A DNA stretch of 64,000 nucleotides from Camelus dromedarius (taxonomy: Eukaryota): the NCBI RefSeq assembly GCF_036321535.1, contig NC_087472.1, positions 100,194,001-100,258,000 of the forward strand, written 5' to 3'. A program made the translations under genes and the position numbers. The stretch's first letter is position 1. Every line of letters starts with the position of its first letter. The notes under the pieces are model-generated. The model was not told the origin of the DNA. It did no database searches and was given only the letters and a program-made list of their open reading frames with translations. Positions 13,072 to 26,700 of the stretch are shown piece after piece.

Positions 13072-13699
13072 CAACTTACTCTTTTTAAATGATCCATATG
13101 TACATCACGGACATTTTTTTGTACAGCACACACTGATCCACGTAATTTTTTAAAGTGTAATATTCCCTGTATTTCTATATCATGGTGGTACATTTCTGAG
13201 TGTGGGTGACCCATAATTTATCTTACCACTTTCCTGCTAGTGCACATTTAGGTCTCAACTTTTCATTCTAGCTGATGGTAGACACGCTAGTGCACATCAT
13301 GGGGGTTATGCCCTACCATGTACATGCAGATATTTCAGGAGCAGAGATTTCCAGAATTGGACTTGCTGGATTCAAGATGTGTCTGAAGTACTTCATCAGA
13401 CTTTTTCTTTCACAAAATAGTTTGTAGTAATAAAAAGAGGTAGCACTTTTGACAAGTGTGTTACATGGAGCTATTTGCTATGTATATGTTTTCATGGAGT
13501 GTGGGGAGAGTTCTGCCATTAACTTGGCAAAAAAGGATTTTTTTTCCCCTGGAAACACGAGTCTGAGCTATTATGTCTTAATCAGGTAAAAATAGCAATA
13601 TCTTCAAAAATTAAATAGATCATTGGAGAATAAGGAGAGGCTCAAAATCATATTAGAAACTCCTTAGCAGAAAAATAGTCATGACACAACTTCCCATTG

Positions 13700-14030
13700 T
13701 TCAGTGGGTATAAAGTTTGAGTTGTGCAAGATGAGTCAGTCATAGAGGGCTGCTGCACAGCATGGTGTCTGTAGTTAACAGTATGGGGGTGTGCACTTCA
13801 AATCCGTTAGGCGGGCAAATCTCATGTGTTCTTACCACACACACAAAATGAAAACAAAACCCAAGAGACACATGGACACTTTGGGAGTTGTTAGCTATGT
13901 GTCTTACTTTGATTGTAGTGATAGTATCATGGGTATTTGCCTATGTCCAAACTCATGAAATTATGCACATTAAATAAGTGCAGTTCTTTGTATATCAGTT
14001 ATGTCTCAATAAGGGTATATATCAAAAAGA
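13700..14030 (+). mobile_element. L1 3' end fragment
   Basis: gggtataaagttt..gttgtgcaagatga..ctgcacagcatggtg..tatgtccaaactcat..aaataagtgcagttc. Confidence 0.65.
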
Positions 14031-14054
14031 TATAGTCATGAATGGTATTTCAAG

Positions 14055-14421
14055 TTGCCTTAGTCTGCTTGAGCTGCTGTAACAGAATACCATAGACTGG
14101 GAGACTTAAACAATAGAAAAGTATTTCTCACAGTTCTGGGGCTGGAAGATCAGAAATCAGAGTGCCAGCATGGTCAGGTGTTGATGAGAACCCTCTTCCT
14201 GGTTTGCAGATGGTGGTCTTCTTGCCCTGTTCTCACATGATAAAAAGAGAGACAGGGAGCTTCTCCTGTCTCCTCTTCTAAAGGGCACTAATCCCATCTC
14301 AAGGGCTCCATCCACATGACCTAGTCACCTTCCAAAGGCCCCACCTCCTAACACCATCACACTGCCAGTTAGGGCTCCAACATATGAATTTGTGCAGACA
14401 CTAACATTCAGTCCATGGCAC
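14055..14421. mobile_element. MaLR LTR (MLT1A/B-like)
   Basis: cttagtctgctt..gctgctgtaacagaataccatagactggg..ttctcacagttctgg..aacattcagtccatggca. Confidence 0.8.
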
Positions 14422-17294
14422 AAATGTAAGCCAGTAACCTAGTCTAATAGTTAACAGTGAAGCTACCTGCCTCTCATTGATAAGAGAGTCAGTCGCCATT
14501 AGCGAAGACGAGCTGCTGTAATGTGCTGGAGGCTTTTTCCTGTGCTGTGTGCTTTAAATATTTGAGTGCCAAAGAGAGAAAGAATAAGATACATATGTGG
14601 TGTTCATACAGATATGTCTCATTTGAAGAATGCATGAAACCTATACTAGATTTGCCTCTTTGGGTTTTTTTTTTTTTTAACCTTTCATCCAAGTATAACA
14701 TACACACGGAAAAGTGCATAACTCATAAACGTACAATTTGATGGATTTTTTACCAAATGAACACACTCAAGTAACCAGTACAACTCAAGGAAGGGACCAT
14801 TAGCAAGCTCCCACCCCCAAAGCCCTACTTATGTTCCCTGCTCCAGATGCTACCCCCATGAAGCACCCTGTCCTCAGTGTTGGAGTTCTTGTGCTAGAGG
14901 CCAACTTTGCTTTTTTTAGTTTTTGTGTCATTGATGCCACTGATACAAGAGAATTTTCAAAATTCTCATCTGTAACCTCACTCTTCCATTGATACAGGTA
15001 ACAGAGAGCTCATATTTTCACAAGGAGCTGTGGAAAAAACTAATCCTGTTAAAGCGACTCTTCTTGCTTTTAGAGCAAAATGATTTTGTTCTCATGGAAT
15101 TTTACAAACCTATAATTATTGCAGGCCTTTAAAGGAAATTTCCGTTGGTACATATACCATCTCACTGGTTGTAAATGTTTTACTTTGTTTGCCTGGAGTC
15201 CGTAATAAGAAATGGAAAGGACTATATAAGCAGCAAATGCTAGTTTTCCTTGACTGATGAAATGTTTTGCACAGTGCTTGGTAGTTGTCAGTGCAAACGT
15301 CTGAGAGAAATATAAATTGCCTTTTTACTTTGAGGAGGAAGCCTTTGCTTTTGCCTTCATTTACATTTTTGAAACTCTGCAGATTGTGAGAGCAAGCAGA
15401 TTAGCCTAGAGTGAAATGCCGTTTCTCTACACAGAGTTCCCAGTGGGCTACGGACGGTGAGAAGCCGTCAGACATAGGCACATGTTCACCCGTGGACAGC
15501 ACCGCTGGAAGATGAGGCTAAGTTCTGCTCCATCAGCCAAGGATTCAGAAACTTACGCTGATAAATGTTGAACTACCAGCTTTCCAGGGGAGGCAGGAAC
15601 CAGAGGGCTGATTTGTGGTGGTTGCTGATTTCTGTGGTGTAAATACTCCCATCACGGCCAGTTTCAAGCAACCTCCATCGGGTCACTGAGCATGGGGTTA
15701 GGAAGTGATGTGTAAAATTGGCCTTCCCAAGCTGATGCGAGCTGCACCCAGCACACTGATGCAAGGAGGCTGCCCAGAGCATGAGCAAATGCAGCATTTC
15801 GCCCCCAGCTTCTTTTGGGCCCCTTAGTCACCAGCAGGTGCATAGTGGCCACCATCGCTGTCCATACAGGAAGGGCTGCTATTTTTAGAAAGCTCTTTTT
15901 GGGGTGCCTTTTATACTTACATCAACCAGAGGAAAAATTTACATAAAAAGTCTATGCTTTTAACACAAAAGGATCCCCCACTCCAACCAAGAAGTCAGCA
16001 TTCCAGGGTAGGAGGGCAGAGTCTACGTCAGCACCCAGCGGATCCTGGAGGCATCCCCTTCCTCTGATTTCCTGGCCCATTTCTCCAGAGTCCACCCTGG
16101 CTCTGCTTCCAGTGCACTTGTACAGGGGGCTTCTGACAGTGACCTGGAAAGCTGAAGCCTCGAATCTCTTTCCTCAGCGTGATTTAGATCCGGTAAAGTA
16201 TCCTCGCAGGAAAGATGAGGATGCTGCCGAGTAGGAGCCTGAGGACAGGAGAATAGTCACAGCTTTCCCGATTGACCCACCAGGACAAAAGTCAGAAGCA
16301 GTGCACCCAGGCCTCCCTCTGCCACCACATGTATCATGAAAAACTGCACTCGTAGACACAGGAGCACAGACATCGCGATTCCATTTGTATAATATTCTAG
16401 ACAGGCAACACTCTGCGTGCTGGGAGAGCTCTGAATAGCAGTTGCCTTTGGGTCGAAAGTGATGACTGGGAACAGAGGGTAGGAGGGAAGCTTCTGGGCT
16501 GCTGATTGCTGGTTGTAGTGATACTCATTTTGTGGAAATTTATGGACCTGGTCACAGTACCCTTTTCTGAATATATGCTATATTTCAGTTTAAAAGTTTA
16601 ATAATAATTTTTAAGGACCACTTGTAATGGCCCTCTTGATATTCCCTAATCATTTCTGGATCCGGTGTCACTCCCTTTAGCTTTCTGCCTGGAACATCCT
16701 GACTTCTGCCTCACCTTAATGCCCTTCCCTGTGTTATTTTTCTTCATAGCACCTTTCACCCTCCACCAGGCTCTTTATTTGCTATTTGATTTATTGCCTG
16801 TCTCCCCCAGCTCCCATGTCAGCCCCATGAGGACAGGGATTTTGTTGTTCTCTGCCATGTCCTCAGTGCCGGTGCCTTGCCTGGCACACAGTAGGTGCTT
16901 CATCAACATGTCTGAATGCATCTGCTCCCCTTGGGAACCATCCTCCCAGCTGTCCCTGTTCCGTCATTTCAGGATGGCAGGAAACTTGTCACCCGGCCGC
17001 TCATGGTTGTCCTCCTGAGCCATATACCGAGTCATTTTGCTCTTAGACGGGCTTAGCTGGTCATTTATGGCCTTCCTCAGGCTAACCAAATGTATTTTAT
17101 TTAAAATTATTTTCTGTTGTTGTAAGGTATTGATCTTGTAGCCTATGGCTCTTCTAAAACTAGGAATTTAGACATTTCCTCTGAGGCTTAGCTATGTACA
17201 AAGTTTAAGGGGAAGCGATGGTGGTAGAAGGAGAGAACAGAGTTACATATATTTTTAAGTGTGCATTGTATAGATTGACATCCCAGGTAGCCTT

Positions 17295-17635
17295 TGTATC
17301 AGTCATGATAGGCTAGATGCTAAAACAAACAGCCCCCAGATACCACTGTCTTAACATGATAAAAGTTTATCTATGCCTCGTGTCGTGTCCGGGTTAGCAG
17401 GGTTCCCATTCCATCTCGTAGTGGATAAGAAAGTGAATATAGACTAGAGAATTGCTATGGAGGTTTTTATGATCCAGGCCCACAGGTGGGACACATCGCT
17501 CTTGCTTACATCCCACTGGCCAGAAACTCCATCATATAACCTCACCTAGCTGCATAGGAGCCTGGGAAATGTAGTCCAGCTATGTGCCTAGGGAGAAAAA
17601 AATAGATTGGTGAACACTGACTAGTGTCTGCCACA
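17295..17635. mobile_element. MLT1-like LTR remnant
   Basis: tgtatcagtca..ctgggaaatgtagtc..tagtgtctgccaca. Confidence 0.6.
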
Positions 17636-17992
17636 TCCTTGCTTCTCCAGACATTTTTGTGGGTCATTCAACTTGAGTGGGCTGTTCCCAAGCTCATCTT
17701 AGAGTTTTCCTGGTAGGTTGACAGAAGATGAAAGGCTGCTTACTGTGTGCTTATTGTTTCTATTTCAAAGTCACATCATTTGTTCTAAACTGCATTAGAG
17801 ATACAAATGAAATTTTACAATACATTAGAAAATGTTTCTGGTGTTTCAAGTTATGTGAAATATCTTGCTTTAACCCCTAAATCCTATTGAAAGTAAAAAA
17901 ATAGCAGAAGCGATTGTCCATAGAATGAAACCAAAAATGATTCTTTGCATGGAAAAGATCAAGCTACTGACTTTTGTCTTTGATACTTACAG

Positions 17993-18042
17993 AAACAAAT
18001 TCATGAATGGAATTTTACAGCCTCTTCCATTAGAGGAATAAA
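17993..18042 (+). pseudogene. MAP3K15: MAP3K15 exon 12 equivalent (50 nt)
   Basis: ttacag|KQIHEWNFTASSIRGI|gtaag. Confidence 0.88.
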
Positions 18043-20014
18043 GTAAGAACGTAAGAGAAAATGTAACTATTGCTTTAATACAAATAATGATAATTTTTAT
18101 CACTTTAATGTTTCTACTTACTTACAATATGTGATGTTCTCATTTTTAACAGAATCCAAAATGGACTAGTTTCTCTTTTTTGCTCTGCCCAACCTTGTTC
18201 ATAACGTGCTGCTATTAAGGGCTGCTTGGCTTGTAGCAGAGTGGGTTTGTTTGTTTGTATCCAACAGACCAAACTCTCTTGTCTTAAACTTTTTTTAAAA
18301 AATGAAGTTATGTGTATAGAAACAAAGTATTACTTCTTTGAGCCGATGATGTTCAAGTGCTCAGGGCCCCCAAGAACTGAAGCTGGAAGTTACTTGGTAA
18401 TGAACTTGGCTGGGATTTCCCGGACAGAGTATTGGAACCAAGGGCATTGCTATTAGCAGGCGAGTAGGGTGGTATATTCCCAGGAGAGGTGTGGTACTTG
18501 CTCTTTGGATCAGGAATGGTGACCCCGTAGGCCTGAACCATGTGGCTGTACTCTGAGTCTCACCCTGCCAGCACATCCAAGGGTGGGAGCAGCTCTAAGT
18601 AAGGTAGATATGAGTTCTAATTCCTCTTTTGCTGTTTGACCTTGAGAAAAATCACTCAACCTCTCTAGGTCTCAGTTTCTTCATAGTTTCCATCAAATTA
18701 AGGGCCTGGACTAGAACTTTGTCTTTTCTCTGATTCTGAGACCACGGGCCACTGAATGAATTCCTATTCCCTCCAGATGCAGCATGATTCTTTCCTAGAC
18801 ACATCAGTGTTTACATTAGAATTATGTTTACATCACTTTAGAGGACGGGAAGTGATTTAAGAACAGGGTAGTGTGTCTGAATAATACAGCTCAGAAAATA
18901 TAATTGAAAAGGTGTTGAACATTTTCAAAAATGTAGTACTCAGAAACGAAGTTGTAAGATAACATGGAGCCAAGACCCTTCCGTTTGTACCTTCTCAAAG
19001 GGATACCTCTTGCTGCCATTTCAACCATCAACAGGGATGTGCAAAGGGCCTGAGGTGAATCAGACCTTGCAGCCAATGTGACATAAAGAGCATGCGTTGA
19101 ACATTCCCAGTGCTGTCCAACTAACTGTGATTATTCCTTTAGAGATCAGCTTTCAGAACTTACTTATGTATAACCTAGTTTTAATTCTTTTTGAATCACT
19201 CTATACTATTGCTGTTTCAACTCATTATTTGTCATGTAATCCATAACACGTAAAGAATGGTCAAAGAAGCTGTAATCTCAAGGAAGAGATGACTTAGAAA
19301 GGGCAAGATAAAGTGGCATCATTTGTTTGAAGGGCTAATCATAGAAAAGAATCCAGCCCTTTCCATAGTGCCACCTGTAGGTAGCACTATGTAGGTAAAG
19401 AACTTTATAGCAGTGAAATCCATCAGGAGATGGAATATGGTGGTTTTCTGTCACTGGATATTCCAGACAGGCTGAATATTACCTCTTCAAGGAGCTGTAG
19501 AGTCAGATCCAAACCTTGGGTGGGGATGGACCAGATAATATTTAAAGGGCTTTTTTGAGCTAAGATGCCATGTTTATTTCTACTTCCCTCATGTGACCAC
19601 AAATTCTGTGTCCTAATATTTTTCAAGTCTAGAAATTCCTTCGCTGTCATAATAAATTATTTCACAAATACCTTTTTATGACATTTTAAACTCTTGAGGA
19701 CAGAGACCATATTTTATTCCCTTTTCTGCTGCCCATATGCTTTGCTTAGCAGTGAATGTAGAATAAGTTCTTGATACATTCTAAAGTCAGTTGATGAATA
19801 TAAACTCAAACATAAGCAAGGTAAATGCCCCTGCTATTTAAATTTCAAAGAGAAACAAGTCAATTTTGGAGGGGGTGTATTTGTTAAAACATTAACGAAT
19901 CTTTCAAATTTGTAAAATGGAAAAAAAAAAAAGCTCTTACTGTATTTTTCTCAAAAAATTGAAATTGATATAATTCATATATAATGAGCATTCTTATGTT
20001 TTGAAATTTTATAG

Positions 20015-20110
20015 CATATCCAAGTTTGATGAATGGTGTTGTTTTCTTTATGTCCATGATAATTCTGATGGCTCTGAGATCTACTTTTCCACTGAAGACC
20101 AGTGCAGTAG
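20015..20110 (+). pseudogene. MAP3K15: MAP3K15 exon 13 equivalent; donor GT mutated to TT
   Basis: ISKFDEWCCFLYVHDNSDGSEIYFSTEDQCS AG|ttgagt. Confidence 0.88.
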
Positions 20111-20354
20111 TTGAGTTATAGCTGATTCAGATATTTTCAATCTAATTATGGTGAATCACTTTTAAAGGGTCTTTGTTGTGGAAAAAAATTTGCTATGCTG
20201 CTTTTCCTGAAATTTTAACTTACAGAAAATAATTTTTACAGCTTTGCTGAGATATAATTCACATACCATGCAGTTTGCCTGTTTTAAAGTACACAGTTCA
20301 GTCTTTTTTTTAGTATGGTCACAGTTTTGCAACCATCACCACAATCTAATTTTA

Positions 20355-23039
20355 TTTTATTTTATTTTATTTATTATTTCTTTAATATAAAGGTATTTTT
20401 TTAATGATTTATTTTTTTGCATTTTTATTGAGTAATAGTCATATTACAATGTTGTGTCAAATTCTAGTGTAGAGCACAATTTTTCAGTTATACATGAACA
20501 TATATATATTCATTGTCACATTTTTTTTTTCGCTATGAGCTACCACAAGATCTTGTATATATTTCCCTGTACTATACAGTATAATCTTGTTTATCTATTC
20601 TGCATTTTAAAATCCCAGTCTATCACTTCCCACCTCCTGCCCCCTTGGCAACCACAAGTTTGTATTCTATGTCTATGAGTCTGTTTCTGTTTTGTATTTA
20701 TGTTTTGGTTTGTTTTGTTTTTTAGATTCCTCATACAAGCGATCTCATATGGTATTTTTCTTTTTCTTTCTGGCTTACTTCACTTAGAATGACATTCTCC
20801 AGGATCATCCATATTGCTGCAAATGGTGTTACGTTGTCAGTTTTTGTGGCTGAATAGTATTCCATCGTATAAATATACCATAGCTTCTTTATTCAGTCAT
20901 CTGTTGATGGACATTTAGGCTGTTTCCATGTCTTGGCTATTGTAAATAGTGCTGCTATGAACATTGGGGTGCAGGTATCATTTTGAAGTAGGGTTCCTTC
21001 TGGATATATGCCCAGGAGCGGGATTCTTGGGTCCTATGGTAAGTCTATTCCTAGTCTTTTGAGGAATCTCCATACTGTTTTCCACAGTGGCTTTCCTTGC
21101 TTCCCTCTCCCACTCTTAATGATTTAGATGTCTTCTTTTACAATTTTGTGCTTATTCTTTTTGTAATTCATGGCAGTTATCTCCTTTCCAGTTATGAGTT
21201 TCTCATTTTTGTAGCATCCTGCTTCTTTTCTATTTAGAGTAGACCTGCCAATATTTCTTTTAGCATGGGTTTAGTGTTGCTAAACTCTTTTAGTTTTGCT
21301 TGTCTGTTAAGTTCTTTATCTCTCCTTCTATTCTAAAGGATAGCCTTGCTGGATAGAGTATCCTAGGCTGCATCTTTTTTTCATTCAGGACTTTGAATAT
21401 ATCTTGCCACTCCCTTCTGGCCTGTAGTGTTTGTGTAGAGAAATCAGCTGAGAGTCTTATGGGGGTTCCCTTGTAACTCACTCTTTGTTTTTCTCTTGCT
21501 GCTTTTAGGATCATTTCTTTATCCTTGACTCTAGCCATCTTGATTATGGTATGTCTTGACTTGGGTCTGTTTGGGTTCTTCCTGTTTGGGACCCTCTGAG
21601 CCTCCTGTACTTGGATATCTGATTCCTTTAGGTTTGGGAAGTTTTCAGTCATGATTTCTTCAAATACCTTTTCAATCCCCTTTGTTCTTTCTTCCCCTTC
21701 TCGAACCCCTATTATGCATAGATTGGCACACTTTATATTATCCCATAGGTCCCTTATATTGTTTTCATTGTTTTTTATTTGTTTTTCTCTCAGCTGTTCT
21801 GATTGGGTGCTCTCTGTTGTCCTGTCTTCTAGGTCACTTATTCGTTCCTCTGCATTATCTAGCCTGCTTCGTACAGCCTTTAGGTCAGCTCTCATCTCAG
21901 CAAATGAGTTTACTAATTCTACTTGGTTCTTCTTTATAGCTTCTATTTCATTTTTAACATATTTTATATCTCTTAACACTATTTCTTTTAGTTCCTTCAG
22001 TACTTTAATCACTCCTTTTTTGAAATCTTGATCTAGTAGGCCATCAATGTCTATTTCCTTGATTGTGCTTTCAGGGGATTTCTCTTGATCTTTTAATTGG
22101 GAGTGGTTCCTCTGCTTCTTCATATTGCTCATATCTCTCTGGCACTGTGGCTTAAGGAGTATCAGTTATCTAGTTCTCCTGGAGACAGTGTGCTCTTAAT
22201 GATTTTATCAAGAGGTCTTTGCGTCTTCGCCCTGTTTTGCGAACTCAGCTTGCTGTTTCCAGAGGCCCTCTGTTGGCACCCTTGTCTGTGCTGCTCCCAG
22301 TGGCTGTCGGCTAGCAGACTGCGCCCCCTCCCTCGGCCCCACCCCCCACCTGGGCGCTGCGCACAGGAGGAGATGGCGGCTGTGGCTGAGCCCCGCCTCT
22401 CTTCCCGCGAGAAGTGCCAGTAATGGCGGTGTAGGTCTGAGGAGACAAAGGCTATGGCACCCCTCCCCCCAGGGCACACCAGCCATGTTGCTTTGCTTTT
22501 TCACAATTTATGGGGGACCAAGGTTGTTCTGTTCCGTATCCCCTTCCAGCCACAGCACGTAACCCCCCGGGGCTGCCTCAGTACAGCCACTGCAGTCCTC
22601 CTCCTGGCTCAGGCGACCTGTCCTGGCCCCAGCTGCTGGCTCGCATCTCAGGCTGGGTGTCACGGGGACCCTTTGTGCCTGTTTAACTCAGTTCTGTCAG
22701 TCAAGGAGTGCTCGGGGCAGATCTGAGCCTTGGAGGCTCCCCCTCCATCCTGCTGGCCTCTCCGTTGGAGAGGGGAGACCCAGCGAACGAGTGCCAGTCC
22801 TCCTTTGCCGCTCCCTCCCCGTGAGATCAGTCCCGCACTGTTTTGCTTTTCCTTCTTTCTTTTTTCCTTTTCTGCTACCAGATTTTTGGCATCTTTGTTT
22901 TTCGAAGAGGGCAACGTTCTGTTGGAGTTCGGCAGGTGCTCTGGTTGGCTGAGTAGGTCCGTAGATGTGATATTTGGTGTATTTGTGGGAGAGGGTGAGC
23001 TACAAGTGTCCATCTAGTCCGCCATCTTGCTTCTCTCTC
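20355..23039 (-). mobile_element. Full-length ORF1-only L1 derivative (HAL1-like, about 2.7 kb)
   Basis: GC-rich 5' UTR (about 22150-23039), L1 ORF1, direct jump near 21092 to the extreme ORF2 3' end, 3' UTR and A-rich tail; 16-bp TSD CCACAATCTAATTTTA at 20339-20354 and 23040-23055. Confidence 0.88.
21234..22132 (-). CDS. L1 ORF1p (coiled coil, RRM, CTD); open for 280 aa, then a 1-nt frameshift about 20 codons before the natural stop
   Basis: RLDNAEERISDLED, NIRDLWDNIK, YKGTPIRLSADFS, QPRILYPARLSF motifs; shifted frame continues LKEFSNTKPMLKEILAGLL* (stop 21234-21236). Confidence 0.88.
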
Positions 23040-23055
23040 CCACAATCTAATTTTA

Positions 23056-25860
23056 GAATATTTTCATCACCCCCAAAAGAAATCCAGTATCCATTAACAG
23101 TCACTCTCCATTTTTCCCACAACCTAACATTTTTCCCAAACTCTAATCCTAAATCAGTAGACCACTGAGTCTACTTCCTGTCTTTATGTATTTGCTTATT
23201 CTTGACATTTTATATAAATAGAGTCATACAATATGTGGTCTTTTGTGTCTGGCTTCTTCCATTTATCATAATGTTTTCAAGTGTCATCCATGTGGTAACA
23301 TGTGTCAGAACTTGATTCCTTTTTCTGGCTGAATAATATTCCATTATATGGATATATTGATTTGTCCATTATTTGAAAGGCATTTGGGTTGTCTTCACTT
23401 TTTGGCAATTGTGGATAATGCTGCTAAGAACATTCACATGCAAATTTTTGTGTGGACTTATGTTTTAATTTCTCTTGGAGCCAAATTACTGGGTCTTATG
23501 GTAATTTGATATTTAACTTTGAGGAACAGCCAGACTGTTTCCCCAGTTTACATTCCTATCAAGCAGTGTGTGAAGGTTCTACTTTCTCCACATCCTTGCT
23601 ATATTTGTTATTGTCTGTCCTTTTCATTGTAGCCATCCTGTTGGGTATTAGGTGGAACCTCATTGTGGTTTTGATTTACATTTCCCTACTGACTAATGTT
23701 TCTGAACATTTTTTCATGATCATATTGGCCATTTATGTATCTTCTTTAGAGAACTGTTTCCTCAAATCCTTCACCCAATTAAAACAATTTTTAACCTTTT
23801 ATTTTGGGAAGTATTCAGATCTACCAATACAGTTTCAAAAAAAAAGTACAAAGAATTTCCATATGTTTCACCCAGACTCCTCAATGTTAACCCTTTACCA
23901 CATTTGTTTTACATTCTGTCTATGTACAGATGATTATTTTGTTCTGAAACTGTTGAAGAGTAAGTTGTAGATATAATGCTCCATTACGTCTCAATACTTG
24001 AGTGCGTATTTCCTGAAGACAAGAACATTCACTTATGTAAGCACCGTACAGTTATCTAATCAAGAAATTAAGATTGATATGGTACTATAATCTACAAACC
24101 TTATCCAAATTTTACTTATTGTCCCACTAATGTCCTTTACAGTGAAACAAAAGATTTTTTCATGATCTAATCCAGGATCACATGTTATCATTTAGCTGTC
24201 ATGTCTGTATAGTCCCCTTGTATCTGGAACAGTTCTTCATCAGTCCTCCTTTGTCTTTATTGACTTACTGCTTGCACTGAGTACAGGCAGTTTATTGTCT
24301 TGTGTAATCCTTCACCTTGAGTTTGTTTGCTGTTCCCTCATGATGACATTAGTGTTGTGCATTTTGGGTAGGAACACCACGGAAGTGATGCCGTGTCCTT
24401 CTTAAGGCATCACATCAGAAGACAGTATCTTTGTCTGATTACTGAGGATATTAACGTGGCTCACCTAGCAAAAGTGGTGTTTGCCAAGTTTCTCCAAACT
24501 TTGCCCATTTTTAATTGGATTATTTGTATTTTTGCTAATGAGTTTTAAGAGTTCTTTATATATTCTGGATACAAGGCCCTTATCAGATTGTGATTTGCAA
24601 GTGTTTCTTCCCATTCTGAGGGTTGTCTTTTTACTTTGTTGATGGTGTCATTTGCAGCACAGAAGTTTAAAATTGTGTGGCAGTCCAATTTATCTATTTT
24701 TCCTTTTGTCTTTTGTGCTTTTGCTGTCATATCTAAGAAGGCTTTGCTTAACTCAAGGTTTTCTATGGTGTTCATGTTTTCTTCTAAGAGTTTTATACTT
24801 TCAGCTCTTATATTTTGGTCTCTGATCTGTTTTGAGTTCCTTTTGTTTTTTTTAAAAATGGTATGAGTTAACTTCATTCTTCTGCATGTGGATATGTGGT
24901 TGCCCCAGCAAAATATGTTGAAAAGACTATTTCTTCTCCCGTTGAATGATCTTGGCAGTTTTTTAGAAGATCAGTTGACCATAAATGTAAGCATTTATTT
25001 CTGGACTTTCACTTATATTCCATTGATCTATATGTCTATCCTTATGCTATTACCACATTTTCTTGATGACTATAGCATTGTAATAAGTTGTAAAATCAGG
25101 AAATGTGAGTCCTCCAACTTTGTTCTTGTTTTTCATGATTGTTTTGACTATTGTGGGTACTTCCACGTCCCTGTGACTTAGGATCAGCGTGTCAATTTCT
25201 GCAAAAGAAGGCAGCTAGGGTTTTGGCAGGGATTGCTTTGGATATGTAGATCAATTTGCGAAGCATTGCCATCCTAACCATATTAAGTCTTCCATCCCAT
25301 GAGCATAGTATATCTTTCTGTTTGTCTAGGTCTTCTTTAATTTCTTTCAACAATTTTTGTAGTTTCAGTGTACAAGTCTTATCCTTTTATCTTTAAATAT
25401 ATACTTATTTTATTCTTTCTGTTGCTATTATAAGTGGAGTTATTTCCTTAACTTCATTTTCAGATTGTTCATTGCTAGTATATAGAAATACACTTGATTT
25501 TTGTATATTGATTTAGTATCCTGCAACCTTGAACTCATTTATTAGTTGATAGTTTTTATTGAATTCCTTAGGAATTTCTATATACAAGTTCATGTCATCT
25601 GCAGATAGAGCTAGTTATACTTCTTCCTTTCCCACCTAATGTCTTTCTTTATTTTTCTTACCTAACTGTCCTGACTAGACTCTGCAATATAATGTTGAGT
25701 AGAAGTGGCGAGAGCAGACATCCTTGTCTTGTTCCTGATCTTAGGAGAAAAACATCCAGTCTTTCACCATTAAACATGATATTACCAGTAGCTTTTTCAT
25801 AGATAACCTTTATCAGGTTGAGGAAGATTCCCTTATTCCTAGTTTGTTGAGCGTTTGCAT
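23056..25860 (-). mobile_element. Older L1 (L1MA/MB-like), whose 3' tip lies at about 20235-20340; interrupted by another L1 3' fragment at about 23790-24497
   Basis: Degenerate ORF2 piece 24545-24877 (FLDMTAKAQKTKGKIDKLD..INKVKRQP); sequence is continuous across the HAL1-like TSD. Confidence 0.8.
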
Positions 25861-26089
25861 CATGTAATTTGAGAATATTTAAATTTAGTGTGTATCAGAC
25901 AATCATTATCACGCCATATTTAGAAATCAGCCTAAATGTCAGACCAGGGGAGCCTTGGGTCACAATCTTCAATTTAGAGTTGAAAAATGCTGCCAAATAT
26001 TAGGCAGGACATCCCTTTACTATAAAGTTTACCTTTCTGACCCTCATTGTATCTTCAGTGCCTTTTCTTGCCATACATTTAAATAATTT

Positions 26090-26700
26090 TTAATTGAGGT
26101 GTAACGTACATATAAGTGTAGTGTGTAAAGTGTGATAAGTATATCACACCCCAGAAGGTGACTCACGCCCCCTCGCAGTCATTAACCCTTCTGCACTGGT
26201 AACTATTTTGATTTCTATCACTAGTGGTTACTTTTGCCTCTTCTTAAACTTCAAATACATAGAATCAAGTATGTACTCTTATTTCTCACTCCTTTCCCTT
26301 CAATTAATATCTGTGAGATTCAGCCATGATGTAAGTATCAGTTCATCATTTTTATTGCTCTGTAGTGTTCCATTGTGTGAGTATATATGGCAGTTTATTC
26401 TGTCAAACATTTGAATTGTTTCTAGTTTGGAGCCATTATGAATAAAACTGCTAAGAATACTCTTGTGCTTGCCTTTAGGTAAACATGTTCATTGATTTCT
26501 GTACAGTATATACCTAGGAGTGAAGTTACTGGATTATAGGGTAGGTTTATATTCAGTTTTGGTTGATACTGCCAATAGTTCTCCAAAGTGGTTGTATCAG
26601 TTTATACTCCCACCAGCAGCATGAGAGTTCTCCTTACTCCCCATTCTTAACAACAGTTGATACTATCTTTTAAATTATATTTATTCTGTTGAGTGCATAC
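26090..26700 (-). mobile_element. Ancient L1 3' fragment
   Basis: ttaattgaggtgtaa..ctgtgagattcagccatg..atacctaggagtga..ctcccaccagcag. Confidence 0.65.

Noticed and set aside
11621..13214. Host genes in the ORF cluster (also 42161-43660)
   Set aside because: Fragments of L1 ORF2 or their antisense frames.
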